DNA of 64,000 nucleotides from a virus: IMG/VR virus record IMGVR_UViG_3300003323_000052, positions 3,961 to 67,960 of that record; one strand, 5' to 3'. Shown piece by piece: positions 59,644 to 64,000 of this stretch (position 1 is its first letter; each line of letters starts with the position of its first letter). The notes under the pieces were generated by a model. It saw only the letters and a program-made list of their open reading frames with translations, ran no database searches and was not told where the DNA came from. The position numbers and the translations under genes were made by a program.

Positions 59644-60061
59644 GCGAGTATTCCATCACTACAAGGATTGTGAGGAGTTTGATAGCAATCTTTGGAAATA
59701 TGTTCCGCCAGAAGATCGGCAAGCCTACATAGATAAATCTGCGGCGCTTATGCTCGATTGCAGGGCGTTTGAGGCAGCAATGAATCGCGCTGTAGATGAA
59801 TGGCCTAATTCATGCGAGGCAGCGCTAACAGCTTCTACAATGAATCATCAAGCTTGGCTAGGACATGCTGGTTGCGCCATAAATCACAATGCACCGGAAG
59901 ATTTAACGCGCCTAGCATGGAGAATGCTAACAGAAGATCAGCAAGATTTGGCGAATGCTGCCGCTGATAGGTCTATTGCTAGGTGGCGTGAGAATTACGT
60001 AGCAAAATTAAAAATGGAGAAAAGCAAATGCCAAAACATGGCCTTGGAATCGACGTATTAA
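59633..60061 (+). CDS. conserved hypothetical protein of the ParB/IbrA module
   Basis: WPNSCE..LT...N..AWLGHA.C...PE..TR.AW..L...QQ..AN..A; overlaps both neighbours. Confidence 0.75.
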   Translation: MKLKRVFHHYKDCEEFDSNLWKYVPPEDRQAYIDKSAALMLDCRAFEAAMNRAVDEWPNSCEAALTASTMNHQAWLGHAGCAINHNAPEDLTRLAWRMLTEDQQDLANAAADRSIARWRENYVAKLKMEKSKCQNMALESTY

Positions 60062-61260
60062 CCGCTGCGCGACAGCGTATTGAATGGACGTTCGATAATT
60101 TCGAGAAGATTTATATTAGCTTCTCTGCTGGCAAGGATTCCGGGGTGATGCTTCATCTTGTTATGGATGAGGCCAAAAAACGCAACAGAAAAGTTGGCTG
60201 TTTTACAATTGATTGGGAAGCTCAGATGCTTCTGACAATTGATTACATGCGTGACATGTTTAATCTTTACTCAGAATGGATCGAGCCATATTGGGTTGCA
60301 TTGCCAATGAAAACATGGAATGCATGTAGCCAAATCGAGCCGGAATGGACAGCATGGGATAGGCAGAAGCAAGGCTTATGGGTTCGCCAGCCGGAACCAA
60401 TGAGCATTACCGATATGTCGTTTTTCCCATTCTATTACGAAGCAATGCCATTTGAGGAATTTGTCCCGGCGTTTGCTGACTGGTATGCGGATGGGAAGAA
60501 ATGCGCTTGTTTTGTCGGTATTCGCGCAGATGAAAGCTTGAATCGTTTCCGCACTATTGCTAGCGGTAAAAAGGAAAAACTAGAAGGTAAGCAATGGACA
60601 ACTAATGTCGGGCCGGATACATGGAACGTCTATCCTATTTATGATTGGAGAACAGAGGATATTTGGACGTACAACGCGAAAGAGAAAAAGCCATATAATA
60701 AGCTTTATGATCGCATGTATCAAGCTGGCATGAAAATTAGTCAAATGCGTATTTGTGAGCCGTTCGGCGACGAGGCCCGCAAGGGCCTGTGGCTTTATCA
60801 AGTAGTCGAGCCTGCTATGTGGGCAAAGGTATGCTTGCGTGTGGCCGGGGCCAATACAGGCGCTCTCTATAGCACTGAAAAAGGTGCTGTGCTTGGTAAT
60901 CATCAAATCGCGCTACCGGAAGGTCATACATACCAAAGCTTCGCCAATCACTTGCTAAAGACTATGCCGCCTAAAACTGCGGATCACTACAAAGATAAGC
61001 TAGCGGTATATTTGAAATGGTGGAGTAAGCGCGGATATGCTGACGGGATTCCTGACTTTGTAGAGGCTCGTTTAGAGTCGAATGGCAAGGTTCCTAGCTG
61101 GCGGAAGATCGTCAAGACGTTCCTTAAAAACGATTATTGGTGCAAAGGGTTAGGCTTTTCCCCTACAAAGAGCAGTGCTTATGAGAAGTACAAAGCCTTG
61201 ATGGCTAAGCGTCGAGCAGATTGGAATATTTACAACGACAAACAAAATGAAACACATTGA
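60028..61260 (+). CDS. PAPS-reductase-like PP-loop protein (IbrA/YbdN, DUF3440-like)
   Basis: ISFSAGKDS, GIRADESLNR, YPIYDW...DIW, MRICEPF, LKNDYWC. Confidence 0.9.
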   Translation: MPKHGLGIDVLTAARQRIEWTFDNFEKIYISFSAGKDSGVMLHLVMDEAKKRNRKVGCFTIDWEAQMLLTIDYMRDMFNLYSEWIEPYWVALPMKTWNACSQIEPEWTAWDRQKQGLWVRQPEPMSITDMSFFPFYYEAMPFEEFVPAFADWYADGKKCACFVGIRADESLNRFRTIASGKKEKLEGKQWTTNVGPDTWNVYPIYDWRTEDIWTYNAKEKKPYNKLYDRMYQAGMKISQMRICEPFGDEARKGLWLYQVVEPAMWAKVCLRVAGANTGALYSTEKGAVLGNHQIALPEGHTYQSFANHLLKTMPPKTADHYKDKLAVYLKWWSKRGYADGIPDFVEARLESNGKVPSWRKIVKTFLKNDYWCKGLGFSPTKSSAYEKYKALMAKRRADWNIYNDKQNETH

Positions 61261-61741
61261 ACTAACAAAAGGTAAGTTTGCGATTGTCGATGATGAAGAT
61301 TATGAATGGTTGAGTAAATTCAAGTGGCAGATTAATACGTTAGATGGGGATGATAGGTATGCTAAAACCAGTATATGGAATGTAATGACAAAGAAAACTG
61401 ATTCATTTTATATGCATAGAATGATAGTCGGAGCTAATAAAAGGCAGCAAGTAGATCATATAAATGGAGATAGGCTAGATAATAGACGTAGCAATCTGAG
61501 AATATGTTTAGGAAAAGAAAATCAAAGAAATATGGGATTGCGTAATGGATATTCAACAAAAGGTGTGCATTATATGAAAAAGCGCTCACATTTATCTGCG
61601 CCATGGCAAGCGTATATAACTGTTGATAGAAAAAGAAAACACCTTGGATATTATGAAACTGAAAACGACGCTCAGAAAGCATATAATGTAGCTGCCATTG
61701 AATATTTTGGTGAATTTGCAAGAACTATTGAACTTGAATGA
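61247..61741 (+). CDS. HNH-AP2 homing endonuclease
   Basis: GKFAIVDDED, MHR, VDHINGDRLDNRRSNLR, HLGYY...AYN.AA..YFGEFA. Confidence 0.9.
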   Translation: MKHIELTKGKFAIVDDEDYEWLSKFKWQINTLDGDDRYAKTSIWNVMTKKTDSFYMHRMIVGANKRQQVDHINGDRLDNRRSNLRICLGKENQRNMGLRNGYSTKGVHYMKKRSHLSAPWQAYITVDRKRKHLGYYETENDAQKAYNVAAIEYFGEFARTIELE

Positions 61742-62166
61742 ACAAACCAAAGAAACAGCGAAATAAGAAATATAAGCCACGACAAATCCCGAATCCTCTC
61801 GGCATGAGAAATTCCGCTGGAATGGAATTGCCGGGCTATGCTGCCAGTTTGGCGCTAGGAACGGATTTCTTCTGCGAGGATCATGTAGCAAACATCATTG
61901 CAAGCGCTGATATGGCTCGCAGGATCGCGCAAAATGATGATCCGGTACGTGAGATAGCGAGAAATATGATCGTCGCTTGCGGGGCCATCTCTGACCGTTC
62001 TGAGCGACTTAGCAAATTCGGCGTGACTGGCGATGAATTGCAAACGTTGCGCGAAGGCCTGAAAGTTACGATTGGATTTCTAAGGCGGGCGAGTAACGCG
62101 GCAATTATCCGTGCTTCAGAAGAGGCGTTGCGAGAATTTAAGAGGAATGGTGTACTGAGAATTTAA
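61738..62166 (+). CDS. hypothetical protein
   Basis: RNKKYKPR start; last gene before a terminator. Confidence 0.65.
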   Translation: MNKPKKQRNKKYKPRQIPNPLGMRNSAGMELPGYAASLALGTDFFCEDHVANIIASADMARRIAQNDDPVREIARNMIVACGAISDRSERLSKFGVTGDELQTLREGLKVTIGFLRRASNAAIIRASEEALREFKRNGVLRI

Positions 62167-62192
62167 AAAGAGGGCACTGCGCCCCCTCTTTT
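62165..62192. terminator. bidirectional terminator between convergent operons
   Basis: AAAAAGAGGG-9nt-CCCTCTTTT. Confidence 0.75.
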
Positions 62193-62376
62193 ATCGTTTC
62201 TGAACCATCTTCAAAGCTTCATCCGCCACAGTAACAATATCCATGTCTACTGAATAGTTTCGGATATGTTCTAGCGCCTGTTGCATTTCATATGCGGCTT
62301 CAATGAGCTTTGCATAAGTCACACGACCGACCATTACACCGTTCTTGCGGTCTTCTTGGATTTGCTGAATGTTCAT
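62191..62376 (-). CDS. hypothetical protein
   Basis: AGGTG SD plus ATG. Confidence 0.6.
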   Translation of the reverse strand: MNIQQIQEDRKNGVMVGRVTYAKLIEAAYEMQQALEHIRNYSVDMDIVTVADEALKMVQKR

Positions 62377-62595
62377 TATTTCACCTTGACACAAATGGGT
62401 TCAGTTACTTGTTGAAAAATCGTTTCTACGTAGCAATCACGATCATTAGGCATCCACCAGCCTTCGATAGGATCATATTTCGGGCGCATTGAATAAGCAA
62501 AGATATCTCCGTCTTTATCACGCGCCAGATAATTCGTCCATGTCGGAACGTCATAATACGTCCCGCAGAATAGAGCTTTTTTAGTTTCCACTAGG

Positions 62596-62988
62596 TCACT
62601 CCAAATATTCGTTCCACTCTTCCGGGAAGTTGATATTATCCGGCGCACCGCGAAACATTGGTGCAATTTGCGAATCGGCATAGCCAGCCAGCACGCAGCC
62701 AATGCGAGTCATGAAGAATTGCATTTCAGGATGTTCCTCTGCATAATTCAGGAACGTGTCAACGTACAAATCAATGATTTGCAGCGGCAGAGTTTCGATT
62801 GATTCATCCTTAGTCGGAATCGCATACGAATTGCCCGACATGCCCTCATTAATCGAGCGCGATGCACCATATTTATGTTCTGCCAGTTTAGCAGCGCCGC
62901 CGCCATGACGCGCAGCCAAGTTAGAGCCAAACACGAATACTTCACCGTTTTGCGGTTCAGTATGGTCTTTGTGATATTTATACTTCAT
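62596..62988 (-). CDS. macrodomain-like phage protein
   Basis: VFVFGSNLAARHGGGAA, SYAIPT, TRIGCVLAG. Confidence 0.6.
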   Translation of the reverse strand: MKYKYHKDHTEPQNGEVFVFGSNLAARHGGGAAKLAEHKYGASRSINEGMSGNSYAIPTKDESIETLPLQIIDLYVDTFLNYAEEHPEMQFFMTRIGCVLAGYADSQIAPMFRGAPDNINFPEEWNEYLE

Positions 62989-62998
62989 GACTTCCCCT

Positions 62999-63646
62999 TT
63001 ATTTATAATCAGATTTTATGCGGTTTATGATTGATTCAATATCCAAATTCAGATCGCAATATGCAATGCGATGCGAAACGCTATAAATCGCATTATAGGT
63101 TGCTTCACTTACTTTATTTGCAACTTTATCCAGCATTTCAGATGGCACTACATCGCCATCAATGATTGCTCGTTTGATGGCGGCGTTAGCTACTTTTCTG
63201 CAAGCATCGCTATTCCATGTGTTGCCATCCCTACCATTGGGGCGAGGATAATATGCATCGCTTAGGTCGCTCCAATTCATCTTCGTTTCGGGATATTCCA
63301 ACTTTTTGCGCGGCCATTTGCAGTCTGCGAAATAAACTGTACCAACCGGAACGAAAAAACTTCCCATCACTTCATGATGCAGCATATCGCCTACAAACAC
63401 CGGCTTACCCTCACACATACCCAAGGGAAGCATAACAAGATCAGCTTGCAAGCATGGATCGTTGGAGCCATCAAGCTTCCAAGTCGTTACAACTTCGGAT
63501 TCATCGCCATAACGAATCGTGCCGAAAATAGCACGTTCGCTATATTTGAGGATTTCGACGGTATTTCGTTCGTTGATGCAACCGACAGGAGCACCTGCTT
63601 TTGCCGAAGCAAGATCAAAAGGCCGGTAGTGTTCTGGTGTTTTCAT
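62999..63646 (-). CDS. hypothetical protein
   Basis: PFDLASAKAGAPV, a common phage N-terminus. Confidence 0.65.
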   Translation of the reverse strand: MKTPEHYRPFDLASAKAGAPVGCINERNTVEILKYSERAIFGTIRYGDESEVVTTWKLDGSNDPCLQADLVMLPLGMCEGKPVFVGDMLHHEVMGSFFVPVGTVYFADCKWPRKKLEYPETKMNWSDLSDAYYPRPNGRDGNTWNSDACRKVANAAIKRAIIDGDVVPSEMLDKVANKVSEATYNAIYSVSHRIAYCDLNLDIESIINRIKSDYK

Positions 63647-64000
63647 TTCTCATTCCCCACAAAAGCAGAGCGCATATTAACAAGCCATTGCTCAGACCAT
63701 TCAAGAGCCAATTTGCTAAATTGGTTAGTTTCTGGCGTGTCGCCGCGAGCAATGCCCATGAAAAACCGTTCTGCTGGCCGCGATGAATTTGGATTAAGAT
63801 TATCCAAGTCTGTGTAATTAATGCCACGCGCTTTGGCAATTGTGCCAACCAAGCATGAGCATTCGCCAGCATAAGTTGATCCATCAATGCGACCAGTTTT
63901 CAGCGCTTCAATAAGTGCAGGAACTTCACGAGGTGCAGAAGAAAGCACGGCCCAAATATCGTCACGAATAGGAGTCAGGTCGGCACCGGACAGGTTGGCA
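63643..64000 (-). CDS. pentapeptide-repeat protein, 5' end outside the window
   Basis: the frame reads ANLSGADLTPIRDDIWAVLSSAPREV...GRIDGSTY.GEC.CLVGTIA. Confidence 0.75.
   Translation of the reverse strand, partial: ANLSGADLTPIRDDIWAVLSSAPREVPALIEALKTGRIDGSTYAGECSCLVGTIAKARGINYTDLDNLNPNSSRPAERFFMGIARGDTPETNQFSKLALEWSEQWLVNMRSAFVGNEK

Noticed and set aside
1-64000. CRISPR array, DGR/retron reverse transcriptase, integrase/att site, genome-wide stop-codon reassignment
   Set aside because: No spaced repeats and no RT or recombinase motifs; long genes are open in the standard code, TAG ends normal genes, and TAG readthrough would not fix the terL frame

Overview
The window is most of a tailed dsDNA phage genome (siphovirus-like). 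A betaproteobacterial host, possibly Oxalobacteraceae, is inferred from two HTH paralogs. Layout: packaging, head, neck, GTA-type tail and lysis genes on + (1.2-30.4 kb); a small nucleotide-metabolism block (30.4-32.1 kb); a long leftward early region (32.1-50.2 kb) with SSB, NinB, exonuclease, RecT-like annealase, an IS609-like tnpB lacking tnpA, and about 790 bp of highly structured non-coding DNA; a divergent control region with a Cro-like gene but no recognisable cI or integrase; a rightward region (50.5-62.2 kb) with phosphatase, NinG, replication initiator and loader, nucleotidyltransferase and a ParB/IbrA (PAPS-reductase-like) module; and a final leftward block cut by the window edge. 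The main anomaly is in the large terminase gene: a 41-nt, stop-containing, frame-shifting hairpin insert (2418-2458) sits exactly inside the Walker A motif (YGGAAGGG|KSHLMR) of an otherwise intact-looking genome. This implies translational bypassing, RNA excision, or a dead gene. Other leads are tRNA-like ncRNA units, GGAU-loop hairpins before head and tail genes, a nuclease gene that needs a non-canonical start, an Ntn protease in the neck module, and a protein with a FicA antitoxin motif. All family calls come from motif recognition by eye; no searches were run.
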